Shown here in pieces: positions 1-12,102 of a stretch of DNA of 64,000 nucleotides. Position numbers and translations under genes: made by a program. Source of the DNA: Squalus acanthias (lineage: Eukaryota); the NCBI GenBank assembly GCA_030390025.1, contig CM059434.1, forward strand, positions 15,128,001-15,192,000, in the 5' to 3' direction. Positions within the stretch are counted from its first letter, which is position 1. Each line of letters starts with the position of its first letter. Under the pieces are notes generated by a model that saw only the letters and a program-made list of their open reading frames with translations, did no database searches and was not told where the DNA came from.

Positions 1-1839
1 GCAGTGGAGAGTCCTCGTCGGAGGGCGCAGGACTCTGCCAGCTCGGCTCAGCTGCATGTCGACCCTGTGCCTCTGGGTCCATCCAGAACGAGAGTGGTGC
101 TGGAACTCCAGGAACAGGTGCAGGAGTCTCTGGCAGGTTTTGTCTTCAGGGTCGCTGCGAGTGTCGAGCGAATGGAGGAGTCCATCGCGAACATGAGCAG
201 AGCCTTTGTGGAGGCATTGGCGCATGAACGCATCACCACGGAAAGGATGGCAACCTCCGTGGAAAGGATGGCTACAGTAGAGGAGAGGATGGCTACAGCC
301 ATGGAGGAGCTAAGTCGCCAGAGTGTAGAAAACATGGTCATTGTTCAGAATAGACTGGCATCTCTTGAGGAGTGATGGTCAGCTACTGAGCATAGAAACC
401 AGACCTTCATGGAAGTCCTCTGGAGTAGGACTTCCAGTGCAGAAACGGGTACTCATGGCCCCCCTGAAGTGCAGCAAGGTGCTGTCAAGCCACTTGCTAG
501 CTCTGAAGTGGGGCTGACCCATGAGAGGGATGTTGGTGGCAGACAACAAGGAAGTGGGGGCTCCTCTCCAAGGGCTCAAACGACCATGCCACTGCAAAGC
601 CCTTGGTCAGAGCCCCACCAGAGTTGTCACCCAACTGAGATGGGCGTCTCATCCCCTGCACAGCCGTAGGAGCAGCAGACTGTTGCCGAGCCCTCACAGG
701 TTCGCAACCCCAGAGGACGGCCGCCAAAGGTGTCGAGACAGGAGCAGCAAGAAAGTGAGCAAGGGGCCTCTAAATCTGCTGAAGCCACAGGGGAAGCACC
801 ACGTAGGGGCACGCATAAGAGGAAGATAATGCACAAGTAGTCACAAGGGTAGTCACTTGGGTGTTATGTTGTGTTTATTTTAAAATGCCACCAGTTGCTT
901 GTTGTGATAAAAAATTCTGATGGCAAACTGTTGAAGTTGTGGCCTGTGTCATTTCGCAAATGGGACTTCCACATTAAGGGCTTAGAGCGACTTGCAATTG
1001 TCAGTATGGTGGTCAGAGTGATAGGAATCCGCAGGTTCTTGTCCATTGTCGATGCTCTGGTAAGAAGGTGCGAGGCAAAAGTGTTTGATTGTACAGGCTA
1101 AGCAAGTGTGACCAACATGAGTGCGTCCCTTGCATCCTGGGCAACAATATGGTCGCGCTCAGGCGACTTCTGGCCTGTGCATCTTCAGGTGGGTGACTAG
1201 CAGCTTGGCGCTCCTGTTGATGCTGCTGTTGCTCATGGTTCTGCTGTTGCCGCGGCTGGTCTTCGTCCGAATCTGTTGTTCAGGAGGAAAGGAATTAAAT
1301 GGTCGCCATGCTTCTGATATAGGCCTCAGTTGAGGAAGCGCTTAGTCAAGGTGGGGAGAGGGGTTTCCCAGGAGGTCACACTGGAGATGGGTGTCAGGCT
1401 CCAAACTTCCACAACACTGAGTATGCCTGCTAAAAGTGCCCCCAGACCTGAAACAACGAAGTTCTGCCACCTGCAAATGATCATTGGTGAAAACTCCTTT
1501 GTAATGGTGGAGCTGCAGCTGTTCGTAAGCAATCCACTTGTGAGGCCGCCAGCATTACCTGCCGTGTTCCATAGGAGGTGTGAGGGATGGGGGGAATGAC
1601 TAAATATCGGAAAGGCCTCTCAAAATGGGATTATAGAGGCTATTAAGTGGTTGTTAAGGGCCTTAAGGGCATATCCCGCCTCTTGGAGGCAGGATGGAAA
1701 GGGGGTCAGAAAACACGCTTTTGGGAAAATTGCTCGGAGGTGAGATGGAGGAGGGATCGGGCCCGCCTGCCATTTTTGGCAATTTTAACAACTCACACGA
1801 CTCCAATCCCGCCTCCTCGGGCCTGGCAAAATTGAGCCC
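1..1839 (+). mobile_element. PIF/Harbinger-derived DNA transposon, truncated by the window start
   Basis: Degenerate plus-strand ORF 4-840 resembles the C-terminal half of a Harbinger Myb/SANT accessory protein. A minus-strand remnant near 1100-1280 (…AQDARDALML…) resembles a HARBI1-type transposase C-terminus. It ends in AAAATTGAGCCC (1839), like other GC-rich elements in this window. Confidence 0.6.
4..840 (+). pseudogene. Harbinger accessory-protein pseudo-ORF (coiled coil, AT-hook-like PRGRPPK, basic C-terminus)
   Basis: ORFs 4-375, 409-669 and 670-840 are in one frame, broken by in-frame TGA (373) and TAG (667). Contains ERMAT(S/V/A) heptad repeats and ends APRRGTHKRKIMHK*. Confidence 0.55.
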
Positions 1840-3117
1840 ATAGAGTCATAGAGTTATACAGCACAGAAAGAGGCCCATCGTGTCCGCGCCGGCCATCAAG
1901 CCCTAACTATTCTAATCCCATTTTCCAGCACTTGGTCCGTAGCCTTGTATGCTATGACGTTTCAAATGCTCATCTAAATGCTTCTTGAATGTTGTGAGGG
2001 TTCCTGCCTCTACCACCCTTTCAGGCAGTGAGTTCCAGATTCCAACCACCCTCTGGGTGAAAAAGTTTTTCCTCAAATCCCCTCTAAACCTCCTGCTCCT
2101 TACCTTGAAACTATGCCCCCTGGTTATTGACCCCTCTACTAAGGGGAAAAGTTCCTTTCTATCTATGCCCCTCATAATTTTGCACACCTCAATCAGGTCC
2201 CCCCTCAGCCTTCTCTGCTCTAAGGAAAACAACATTAGCCTGTCCAGTCTCTCTTCATAGCTGAAGCGCTCCAGCCCAGGTAACATCCTGGTGAATCTCC
2301 TCTGCACCCTCTCCAATGCAATCATATCCTTCCTATAGTGTGGCGACCAGAACTGCACACAGTATTCCAGCTGTGGCCTAACTAGCATTTTGTACAGCTC
2401 TATCATAACCTCCCTGCTCTTATATTCTATGCCTCGGCTAATGAAGGCAAGTATCCCATATGCCTTTTTAACCACCTTATCTACCTGTCCTGCTGCCTTC
2501 AGGGATCTATGTACATGCACACCAAGGTCCCTCTGATCCTCTGTCCTTCCTAGGGTCCTACCATTCATTGTGTATTCCCTTGCCTTGTTAGTCCTCCCAA
2601 AATGCATCACCTCACACATCTCACGGTTAAATTCCATTTGCCACAGTTCTGCCCATCTGACCAACCCGTCTATATCGTCCTGTAGCCTGAGGCTTCCATC
2701 CTCGCTATTTACCATGCCACCAATTTTCGTGTCATCTGCGAACTTACTGATCATACCTCCTACATTCATATCTAAATCATTAATGTACACTACAAACAGC
2801 AAGGGACCCAGCACCGATCCCTGCGGTACACCACTGGACACAGGCTTCCAGTCACAAAAACAACCTTCGACCATCACCCTCTGCCTCCTGCCACTAAGCC
2901 AATTTTGGATCCAATGTGCCAAATTGCCCTGGATCCCATGGGCTCTTACCTTCTTGACCAGTCTCCCATGCGGGACTTTGTCAAAAGCCTTACTGAAGTC
3001 CATGTAGACTACATCAACTGCACTACCCTCATCCACACACCTAGTCACCCCCTCGAAAAATTCAATCAAATTGGTCAGACATGATCTCCCCCTGACAAAG
3101 CCTTGCTGACTATCCTG
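1840..3117 (-). mobile_element. CR1 LINE, 5'-truncated, RT C-terminal half and 3' tail
   Basis: ORF 1912-3069 has [28 protein letters not shown] and [13 protein letters not shown]. Tail repeat ATAGAGTCATAGAG at 1840. Confidence 0.95.
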
Positions 3118-3782
3118 TGCTGTTGGAATACCCTCGGAGGGTAAGGCTTCCTGTTGAGAGCCCTGATAGCCCTCCTCCTCCCCCTGGCCACATGTTCCAG
3201 TCTTTCTCGCTGCTTCCGTTCCCTCCGCAGTAGATCCTGGAGGGCGAGGTCGACTGCCGGTACAGCCCCCATTAATGTAACCAAGTGTAGCACTTTGATA
3301 ATGTTGTCAGAATAAGTGTAACTAATTTTCAGTAGCCACAACACTCCTGAAACGAAAGAACCTTTAAATGACTGAATTAAACTTTCGCACAATCTCAAAC
3401 TGACGAGGAAGCAGTGAAACTGCACTAACCTGACAGCTGCGACCCTCATTACTCATGATCCCTTTTAGTAGCGGCCCCGGAGCCGGCATCCGCCTGCTTG
3501 ACGCCTCCTCTCCCTGTCGCTGTCGGGGCGGGGCGCTAAGGCAGGGGGGACAAAAATAAATTTGGCAGATCGGGCGCCTCGTGGGCGTTACACGCTCACC
3601 GACATCACGATCACCTGCCGTTGAAATCCCTGGCGGTAACTGTTTGCAGCGGCCCTGGGGGGGGGGTGCCGGATTTGGCGTGCGACGCTGGAGTTGCCTC
3701 GCCGCGGCGCTACTGCCTCAGCGCCCCGTTAGCGCCCCCGCCAGGCACTAACGGGAGGCCCTGACCAACTGAATTTCTCCCC
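3118..3782 (-). mobile_element. PIF/Harbinger terminal fragment with transposase N-terminus
   Basis: Minus ORF contains …RRRAIRALNRKPYPPRVFQQH, a HARBI1-like N-terminal motif. GC-rich subterminal region and terminus GAATTTCTCCCC at 3782. Confidence 0.6.
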
Positions 3783-4494
3783 TGAGACTCAACAAGCAAA
3801 TGCCGTGTGACATTCCATTCTCTCAGCGTTCTAGAGGTTTGTGGTACCAAGAAATTAATCCCAGATATGCAGAGCCCACAAATCTTATCGTTGCTTGTTC
3901 TGGACAAGGTCAGCAGCTTCTACAAGGGGATTTGACTGGTGCATGGTTGCTAGGTGAGATATTAACATTTGTAATACTGTGCTGCTATTTCCCAACAAGA
4001 GAGGGGGGATCTTCCATCACCCCCACTACCAGCTGGTCTTTTCTAGATGCTTTTGCATCAACTGTGGCAAGTACAACACCAAACAACAACAACTGGCATT
4101 TATATAGTGCCTCTAATGTGGTAAGACGTCCCAAGGCGCTCCACGGGGGCGTAATCAGACAAGATTTGACACCGAGCCACATAAAGAGAAGCAACGTGGG
4201 ATACGTGGAACTTTCTTTGTTCCAGTCCTACTCGGTTCCCCTCCCGTCACAGGGACATTGATGACTATCGGTGCCTCTTCCTGCTCTCGCTCTGAACCGG
4301 AAAATTTCATCAACTTTACTTCCAATTTCCATCGACATGGTCCATCGCCGACTCTTCCCATCCCTTCCTCAACTTCTCTGTCTCCATTTCTGGGAATAGG
4401 CTGTCAGCCAATACCTACTATAAGCCTACTTTCCTCCCACCATTCAATGGATCATCCTCCTCGATTTCCTCCACCTCCAGCACGATGCCATCAC

Positions 4495-4619
4495 CAATGT
4501 TCACTTTATTTTTTTGGGGGGGGGGGGGGGAGGGGCGCGGCCCCTTTAAGGGATTGTTCCTATTTAAAAGCCGTGAGCCAGGCGCGCGGGAGCTTCAGAG
4601 CAGCTTAAAGGGAACATTG
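4495..4619. mobile_element. hAT-like MITE (125 bp) inside Penelope
   Basis: 14 bp TIR CAATGTTC(A/C)CTTTA. 8 bp TSD GCCATCAC (4487-4494) / GCCACCAC (4620-4627). Removing it restores LQHDATTKHIFPS. Confidence 0.8.
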
Positions 4620-4846
4620 GCCACCACCAAACACATCTTCCCCTCCCCTCCCCTTTCATCATTCCGAAGGGACCGTTCCCTCCTTGACATCCTGGTGTAC
4701 TCTTCAATCACCCCCCAACACCCACTCCCTTTCTCACGGCACCTTCACGTGCAAGTGCAGGAGATACGACACCTGTCCTTTCACATCCTCCCCACCGGCC
4801 AGGGCCCCAAACACATCTTCCAGGTGAAAACAGCGATTTACTTGTA

Positions 4847-5116
4847 CAGTAATCCCTCCCCAACCGCGGGGGACACGTCCCTGAAAACCCCCGTGGTTAG
4901 TAAAACCGCGGTGGGTAAATACAGTATAAATGTTCAAAATAACACAATAAAAAAGAATATAAAAGCAATAAAATCATGTTATTTACCTTAATCCTAAATT
5001 AAAAACTGCGTATACGCAAAATTCACTGCCGCGGTTGGCAAAAGTTGTTGCAGAGAGGAAACGGTGTATACTTGAAATCCGCGTATGGCAAAACCGTGGT
5101 TGGGGCGGGATTCCTG
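4847..5116. mobile_element. Tc1/mariner (Tigger/pogo-like) MITE (270 bp) inside Penelope
   Basis: 23 bp TIR CAG(T/G)AATCCC(T/G)CCCCAACC(G/A)CGG with TA duplication (4845-4846 / 5117-5118). Removing it restores FTCTSFKIVYC. Confidence 0.88.
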
Positions 5117-7549
5117 TACTTCTTTCAAAATAGTATACTGTATTCGCTGCTCACGGTGCGGTCTCCTCTACACTGGGGAGACCAAACGCAGATTGGGTGA
5201 TCACTTTGCTGAACACCTCCGTTCAGTCCCTAAGCGTGACCCCGAGCTTCCGGTCGCTTGTCATTTTAGTTCTCTGTCCCACTCCCACTCTGACCTTTCT
5301 GTCCTCGGCCTCCTATACTGTTCCAATGAAGCTCAATGGAAACTCGAGGAACAGCTCCTCACCTTTCAGTTAAGCACTTTACAATCTTCTGGACTCAACA
5401 TTGATTTCAATAACTTCAGATCATAACCACTGCTCCCATTTCTCCGGATAGCAGGTGCTGGCAATGGTGCTGCTGTTGCCATTTACAGTTTCTCTCGACC
5501 TATCTTTGGTTGCTTTATTGTTCCATTACCACCCCCTTTTGTCATTTAATCACTGCTGCCCTCTACCTCATCACAGACCTTCCCCTTTGTTCTTTCCTCC
5601 TTCCCCCGCCGCGCCCCTCTCCACCCCACACCCCCTTTCCCCTGGCTCTGTACTTGCTTATAAACTGTTACATCTCTAACTTCTTCCAGTTCTGACAAAA
5701 GGTCTTTGACCAGAAACGTTAACTGTTTCTCTCTCCACAGATGCTGCCTGACCTGCTGAGTGTTTCCAGCACTGTCTGTTTTTATTAAAGAGATATTCGG
5801 ACAGGTGAACAATAGCTTGGTCAAAGAGGTAGGTTTAAGTAGCGACTTAAAGGAGGAGAGAGAGGTAGAGAGGCAAAGAGGTTTAGGGAGGGAATTCTCG
5901 AGCTTAAGGGCCCAGATAGCTCACGGCACGGCCGCCAATGGTGGACTGAAGGAAATCGGGGATGCCCAAGAGGCCAGAATTGGAGGAGCGCAGAGATCTC
6001 GGAGGGTTCATAGAATCATAGAAAGTTACAACATGGAAGGAGGCCATTTCAGCCCATCGTGTCCGCGCCGGCCAACAAAGAGCTATCCAGCCTAATCCCA
6101 CTTCCCAGCTCTTGGTCTGTAGCCCTGCCGGTTAGAGCATCCCAAGTGCACATCCAAGTACTTTTTAAATGTGGTTAGGGTTCCTGCCTCTACCACGCTT
6201 TCAGGCAGTGAGTTCCAGTTGTCGGGCTGGAGGACGTTACAGAGATAGGGAAGGGCGAGGCCATGGAGGGCCTAGTTGCTTCTTTCCCCACCATTATTCC
6301 GAGTCTTGTGCACTCTTTCAATGTGAGACAGCAATTTATATGAACTTGGTCCAATCTATTTGCTGGTGACAGTGGAGTTTTATCTATACTGGGGAGACCA
6401 AACACGGATTGGGTGTTAAACCCATTAACTGCCACTTTGTAATATTAATTAGTATTTCTATCCTGCTGGTCATACATTGTTAGGTAAGGGTATCAAGGGA
6501 TATGAAGCTAAGGCAGGCAAATGGAGTTGAGGTACAGATTATCCATGATGTAACTGAATGGTGGAACAGGCTCGAGGGGCTGAATGGCCTCCTCCTGTTC
6601 CTATGATCCTACCCACTGTCCTTCCCTCTGCCCTTTGATTTGGTCCAGTCTGTAAAAGAGGCTTTTCAACTCTGAAGTAAAAGCCTCAACCTGAGACAAT
6701 AACATTTTTATTTTTATTTTTAGGTGCTGCGTGTTAATCGATCCAAACAGCCTTGGCTTGTAAAAAAAAGTTTTTAAAGTCTCCAGCAGATGGTGGAGAT
6801 GCCTAAGGAATGTCAAAGGAGATTTGTAACTCATAAATCGCCATTGATGGACTTGGCAAGGGCAGTAGTTGCTTTTTTGGATGTTCCCTACAGGGTTTTC
6901 CTAATTGTTGCCCTGCAAGAATTAGAGCTGATTTTCAGATAATCCTGGATCCGTACTTCATAAAATGAATCTGGAGATGCCAGGAATTATAACGTAGATT
7001 ATTTTTTTCCCCTTCAAGATAAACCTGCTTCAAATTCCAGCATTCTATGATAGCTGATATCTGGCTGGCACCAGTGTATTAAGTCATATTGGGTAAACGC
7101 TGTTTAAGGCCAGTATATTCTAAATAATACTCAGTTCTGCTTATGCTCCACTTTATTTCATAAATATCACTTAGAAACATAGAAAAATAGGAGCAGGAGT
7201 AGGCCCCAGGGTCGGGTATCGGACCCCCTCCTGGGGATCGCAACTCCTCCCCACCCCAGGGACAGGGATTGGACCCCTCCCCCCACCATCCTAGGCCCAG
7301 CACTTAGCTGTTGCTGCGGCTACCTCCTCTGAGTTCCCGCACGACTGGAAGCCACCCTGTCAATCAGGCTGAGTTCCGGGCGGAGAACACGCCCCTGACA
7401 TCACATGCACGCTGTGGACTTAAAACTCCACGGTGTGCCGGGAAACCCGACCTTCCAGGTTTCCCGCCATCTCCCGGGTCACCCCCCGCGCCATGTGGGT
7501 GGGAAAATCCAGCCTGTTAACTCTGTTTCTCTCTCCAGATGCTGCCTAA

Positions 7550-8923
7550 CTTGGAAGACATTTTTGAGCTGTATGCAGTTTGGAAGTGTTTGGAGTAAAC
7601 TCTCTATCCACCATCACCTCCTTGGAGCAAGCTCTCTCTCACCATTGACAGATTGCTTCTGTCATCTCAACTTCAGCTGCCATCTATTCCAGCAACATCG
7701 GTGCCCTTGAAAAAATCTCACCTTGGTCCTCTGAATGCCTCCACGATCAGCCCCAGCACCAACATCACCAGGCATACCAACAACACCAACAACAATACCA
7801 GCCTTCTCCGCAATCACCTGATGCTGCACAGGACACAGGGCATCAGCACCCGACCACATTGCTGCCCGGGAGACTAGCGATGGCATCACCATGGCCATAT
7901 TTACTTCACTTGACGCTGTACATGATGCGTCAGGTTGACACCACTCCACACCAGCACCGTAAAGCATCCCTACAATGTCCAAGTCATTCCTTTCACACTC
8001 ATCACAATTGGGGGGTGGGAGGGAAGTTATGTCTCAACATTCACTGGAACTCGATAAGACACTTCCAAAGGTGAGCACAGATCTGTCCAATAAGGTAAAG
8101 TGTTGAAAATATAGATTTCAATGTTTGACAACACATTAACAGAAACTTCACATGAACATTGGCTAAACCACTCAAGTGCCTACCCTTGTGTGTTGTTAGT
8201 TTGTATGCTTGCAGTAGGTTGAGGGTGAGTGTGAGGGCTGGCTAGTGAGATGGGGAAGTGATAATGTAGATAGAGAGGGATGGGTGGAGGTGCAAGGTAA
8301 GTTGGTGTGAGTAAGGATGTGCAGGAGTAGGGTAGGGAAGGCAGAGTGATGGGGATGTGATGAGTGGCACAGCAGGATGAGGGTGAGTGTGGGTTTGCAG
8401 TAACATTTTGTGATCTGCTGAGATCATTGAAAGGTTTGCGCCACTGCAGCCTGGTCCTCTTGACCACATCCCTGCTTGTTCCCTCCTGTGCAATGTGCAC
8501 CCAGGCTGCGTTGATCTCCTGGGGAGGTCTCTTCCGCCTATGGGAAGGGAAGAGAACCTCCCTGCGTGCTGTGATTCCCTCCATAAGCACATGGAGGGAG
8601 TCATGGGTGGGAGAGCCTGGGTGCAGCCGTGCACCTTTGTGCAGTACTTGTCAGTGGTTGCAGCACCTCAATGCTGTAGAACACTGACAGCAGAACTGTC
8701 AAGAGCAAATTGGACATGGCCCCTTTAAGGAAACCGGCTGATGATGCGTCATCAAATGAGGTCATCAAACCCGCTTCCTATTAATTGGCCGGGAATCTCG
8801 CAGGGCTTAACAAGCCCAATCAACAAAAAATCGCTTGGAGTGTGGGCTGCAGTAGGCAGCGGGCTGGGACCGCGACACCGACCCTGGCCGCCTCGGACCC
8901 GCCTCGGTCGGTGAAATCGCGGC
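7550..8923 (-). mobile_element. PIF/Harbinger-derived element with a Myb/SANT-like DNA-binding domain remnant
   Basis: Minus ORF 8180-8590 reads LMEGITARREVLFPS…AAWVHIAQEGTSRDVVKRTRLQWRKPFNDL, a trihelix/Myb-SANT pattern. GC-rich terminus near 8923. Left boundary approximate. Confidence 0.65.
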
Positions 8924-9741
8924 CTTTGTAACTGTCTTTACGGTAGAAGACACAAAAAACATTCCGAAAATAATGGGGAACCAAGGATCTAGACAGAATG
9001 AGGAACTTAAAGAAATCAGTTTAAGTAAAGACATAGTACTGGAGAAATTAATGGGACTAAGTGGCGACAAATCCCCTGGAGCCGACAACCTGCATCCTAG
9101 GGTTTTAAAAGAGGTAGCTGCAGAGACAGTGGATGCACTGGTATTAATCTTCCAGAATCCCCTAGATTCTAGAACAGTCCCCAAGAATTGGAAGGTAGTG
9201 AACATAACCCCGCTATTTAAGAAAGGAGCAAGAGAAAAAACGGGGAACTATAGGCCAGTTAGCCTGACATCAGTAATAGGCAAAATGCGAGAATCTATTA
9301 TTAGCGACGTGGTAACAAGGCACTTAGAAAATCATAATATGATTAGTCAGAGTCAACATGGTTTTATGAAAGGGAAACCGTGCTTGACAAATGCAGTAGA
9401 GTTTTTTGAAGATGTAACTAGTAGGATGGATAAGGGGGAACCAGTGGATGTAGTGTATTTGGATTTTCAAAAAGCTTTCGATAAGGTGCCACACAAGAAG
9501 TTATTACACAAAATTAGGACTCATGGTATTGGGGGTAATATATTAGCAGGGATTGAGGATTGGTTAATGGACAGAAAACAGAGAATAGGAATAAACAAGA
9601 CTTTTTCAGGTTGGCAGGCTGTAACTAGTGGGGTACCGCAAAGATCAGTGCTTGGGCCTCAGCTATTTACAATCTATATTAATGACTTAGATGAAGGGAC
9701 TGAGTGTAACGTAGACAAATTTGCTGATGATACAAAGTTAG

Positions 9742-11100
9742 AAACATAGAAACATAGAAGATAGGAGCAGGAGTAGGCCATTCGGCCCCTCGAGCCTGCT
9801 CCGCCATTCGATGAGATCATGGCTGATCATCCGAACTCAGTACCCTGTACCTGCCTTCTCCCCATATTCCTTGATACCTTTAGCTTTAAGAAATATATCT
9901 AACTCATTCTTGAATATATTTAATGACTTGGCCTCAACTACCTTCTGTGGTAGAGAATTCCACAGGTTCACCACTCTCTGGGTGAAGAAATTCTTCCTCA
10001 TTTCTGTCCTAAATGGCTTACCCCTTATCCTTAGATTATGACCCCTGGTTCTGGACTCTCCGACCATTGGGAACATTCTTCCTGCATCTAGTTTGTCCAG
10101 ACCTGTCAGAATTTTATATGTTTCGATGAGATCCCCTCTCATTCTTCTATACTCCAGCGAGTATAAGCCCAATCGACCCAATCTCTCCTCATATGTCATT
10201 CCTGCCATCCCAGGTATCAGCCTTGTGAATCTTCGCTGAACTCCTTCCATGGCAAGAACATCCTTCCTCAGATAAGGCGACCAAAACTGCACACAGTACT
10301 CAAGGTGTGGTCTCACCAAGGCCCTGTACAACTGCAGCAGGACATCCCTGTTCCTATACGGTGGCATAGTGGTTAGCACTGGTGCCTCACAGCGCCAGGG
10401 ACCCGGGTTCGAATCTGACCTCGGGTGACTGTCTGTGTGGAGTTTGCACATTCTCCCCGTGTCTGCGTGGGTTTCCTCCGGGTGCTCCGGTTTCCTCCCA
10501 CAGTCCAAAAATGTGCGGGTTAGGTTGATTTGGCTATGATAAATTGACCCTTAGTGTTAGGGGGGGATTAAATATGTGGGGTTATGGGGATAGGATGGGA
10601 TATGTTAGGGGGAATGGGTTACGGGGGTAGGGTGGGATATGTGTACTGTGGGGATTAAAGCAGGGACAGGGTACTGGATTTGGATGATCAGCCATGATCG
10701 TATTGAATGGTGGAGCAGGCTCGACGGGCCGAATGGCCTACTCCTGCTCCTAGATTCTATGTTTCTATGTTTCTATTCTCAAACCCTTTCGTTATGAAGG
10801 CCAACATGCCATTTGCCTTCTTAACTGTCTGCTGCACCTGCATGCTTACCTTCAGCGACTGGTGCACAAGGACACCCAGGTCTCGTTGCACTTCCCCTTC
10901 TCCCAATCTATTGCCATTCAGATAATAATCTGCCTTCCTGTTTTTGCCACCAAAGTGGGTAACCTCGCATTTATCCATGTTATATTGCATCTGCCATGCT
11001 TCTGCCCAATCACCCAACCTGTCCAAATCATCCTGGAGTTTCTTGGTATCCTCCTTGTAGCACACACGCCCACCCAGCTTTGTGTCATCTGCAAACTTAG
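9742..11100 (-). mobile_element. CR1 LINE, 5'-truncated at KFADDTKL, inserted antisense into another CR1 and split by a SINE
   Basis: (AGAAACAT)n tail at 9742. Minus ORFs give [13 protein letters not shown]…KGFEN and [18 protein letters not shown]…GEKAGTGY. Confidence 0.88.
10359..10770 (+). mobile_element. tRNA-derived V-SINE (HE1-like) with CR1-type 3' tail
   Basis: A box GGTGGCATAGTGGTTAG and B box GGTTCGAATC. V-domain-like core GTGTGGAGTTTGCACATTCTCCCCGTGTCTGCGTGGGTTTCCTCCGGG. The 3' ~100 bp matches the CR1 tail at 9745-9850. Confidence 0.85.
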
Positions 11101-11390
11101 GTGGGAAAGTAAGCTGTGAGGAGGGCGCAAAGAGGCTGAAGAGAGATATAGACAGGTTGACAAAGTGGGCAAGATGGAATACAACGTGGGGAAGTGTGAA
11201 GTTATCCACTTTGGTAGGAAAAACAAAATATTTTTTGAATGGTGAGAGACTGGGAAATGTTTGCATTCAGAAGAACCTGGGTGTCCTTGTACATGAATCA
11301 CAGAAAGTTACCATGCAGGTACAGCAAGCAATTAGGAAAGCAAATGGTATGTTAGCTTTCGTTACAAAGGGATTAGAGTAGAAGAGTAAA

Positions 11391-12079
11391 GGGAGGCAAA
11401 TTGGGTCACGCCCCCTTTGGGGTGCTAACTTCACCTTTTAGCGCCCTGAAAAAGTTAGCGCCCCATGCCCAAAATTCACTGCTAGCACCCCAAGAGGGAG
11501 GTGGGGCGCTACTGGAAGCGCTCTTCCTCCCTCTTGGGGCGCTGTGAGTGAATATCGCGGTGCTACGTGCTGCGGTACTGCAGGCCTCCCTCCCCTTAAT
11601 AAAGGGGAGGGGCCTCGCACAGCGCAACCAGAGGCCAGGCTGGGCCACCAGGGATCAGAGTGCCAGCAAAAGAGCCCGGCACTCAAGAGAAGTGCCGGGC
11701 TGATGGAGCGCAGCCGGGGGGGCTTCACAGGAGGCTGGGGGCAGGTGCTGGCAGGCGGCCAGCAACAAAAATGGCTGCCCGGCACCTCCCCTTTAATTTG
11801 CGCCACCCCGGCCGCAAGTACGCCCCCCTGACCCTGTCGGACATAGCGTCCGGTGGTAAGTCAGGGGGCGCTACCAAAGATCGCGGCTAGGGTGGAAGCG
11901 GGGCACTGCGCACGGCATAGACGTCATCGGGGCGCTATTGGTTACTGCTGCCGCTAACCTCCCGCTGAATTTCACGGAAGGCGTCAGCGGCGCCGCACCC
12001 GGGCACTAGTTGCTTTGCACCCCGTTGGGGCCCTCTTACGACGCTAATGGGAGGCGCAAATCAACCGAACTTTTCCCCC
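11391..12079. mobile_element. GC-rich Harbinger-like non-autonomous element
   Basis: Imperfect TIRs GGGAGGCAAATTGGGT / ACCGAACTTTTCCCCC. Interrupts CR1 at GAGTAAA|GAAGTC with a 2-3 bp duplication. Subterminal sequence resembles 3700-3782. Confidence 0.65.
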
Positions 12080-12102
12080 AAGAAGTCTTACTACAATTAT
12101 AC

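Larger units (their letters stand above)
4190..5785 (+). mobile_element. Penelope-like retroelement: RT remnant, GIY-YIG endonuclease and 3' terminal repeat
   Basis: RT remnant YVELSLFQSY…IGASSCSRSEPENFINFTSNFH. GIY-YIG C-terminus IVYCIRCSRCGLLYTGETKRRLGDHFAEH…GLNIDF ends at 5426. Flanked by the 8 bp duplication TAAAGAGA (4182-4189 / 5786-5793). Confidence 0.9.
4082..6270 (-). mobile_element. L2 LINE 3' end, split by a Penelope insertion (4190-5785) and a CR1 tail (~6009-6218)
   Basis: (AAC)n tail and CATTTATATAGTGCC at 4082-4189. The sequence resumes at 5786-6008 and ~6218-6270 and is the reverse complement of the L2 ends at 34345 and 49047. Confidence 0.8.

Noticed and set aside
1985-3007. 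Antisense ORFs over CR1 (also 19659-20081, 20684-21608, 50820-51104, 57010-57294)
   Set aside because: These are shadow frames of the LINE ORF2 that recur in every copy, not independent genes.
8180-8590. Host MSANTD/NAIF1-like gene
   Set aside because: Degenerate, lacks clear exon structure, and lies in a GC-rich element with a transposon-like end, so it is better explained as a Harbinger remnant.
10359-10430. tRNA gene
   Set aside because: The A and B boxes belong to a SINE head that continues into a V-domain-like core and a CR1 tail. There is no complete cloverleaf.
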